Below, piece by piece: positions 42,874-42,929 of a stretch of DNA of 42,929 nt (its first letter is position 1; each line of letters begins with the position of its first letter). The notes under the pieces were generated by a model. It had not been told where the DNA came from, ran no database searches, and was given only the letters and a program-made list of their open reading frames with translations. Made by a program: the position numbers and the translations under genes. The stretch lies in IMG/VR virus record IMGVR_UViG_3300045988_057118; one strand, given 5' to 3'. The DNA is from a virus.

Positions 42874-42929
42874 CACGGCACCGTCACGAAGATGAGCTCC
42901 GTATGTCTCGTCGTAAAAATAAAAAAAAT

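Overview
The window reads as a complete temperate phage or prophage genome of about 42.8 kb, written out from an arbitrary point of a circular assembly (bases 1-119 are identical to 42811-42929). GC content is low, around 40%, and ribosome-binding sites are strong (GGAGG-type).

Gene order along the + strand:
- Packaging: a candidate cos/packaging region, an HTH small terminase, an inserted HsdM-like N6-adenine methyltransferase with a half-size HsdS-like specificity protein, and a lambda gpA-type large terminase.
- Lambda-like head: gpW, portal, a ClpP-like prohead protease/scaffold, a gpD-like decoration protein, a gpE-like major capsid protein, and FII/Z/U-position neck proteins.
- P2-like contractile tail: sheath, tube, a G/GT-type chaperone with a -1 frameshift, tape measure, and gpX-, gpD-, gpV-, gpU-, gpW-, gpJ- and gpI-like proteins, followed by the tail fibre.
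- A shufflon-like multi-cassette inversion module at the tail-fibre C-terminus. Three homologous C-terminal cassettes sit behind palindromic ccagtggg core sites, with a divergent tyrosine recombinase immediately adjacent.
- Lysis: two membrane (holin-like) proteins, an Amidase_2 endolysin, and a T-depleted segment carrying co-linear overlapping spanin-like ORFs.
- Lysogeny: a moron, attP (a tRNA/tmRNA 3'-end fragment flanked by five TTGACATCA arm repeats), a tyrosine integrase, an Abi_2-family abortive-infection gene, a secreted protein, and an ImmA/CI/Cro switch with TTACGG-type operators.
- Early region: excisionase, small membrane peptides, a PcfJ-like protein, an SMC-like ATPase, a Bro-N/KilA-C antirepressor, RecT, an MBL-fold hydrolase, a replisome organiser containing internal iterons, a DnaC-like loader, a RusA-like resolvase, and an ArpU/RinA-like late activator.

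The host is probably a low-GC bacterium. The spanin-like lysis genes may point to a diderm host, but that is speculative. The most notable system is the tyrosine-recombinase-driven tail-fibre shufflon.
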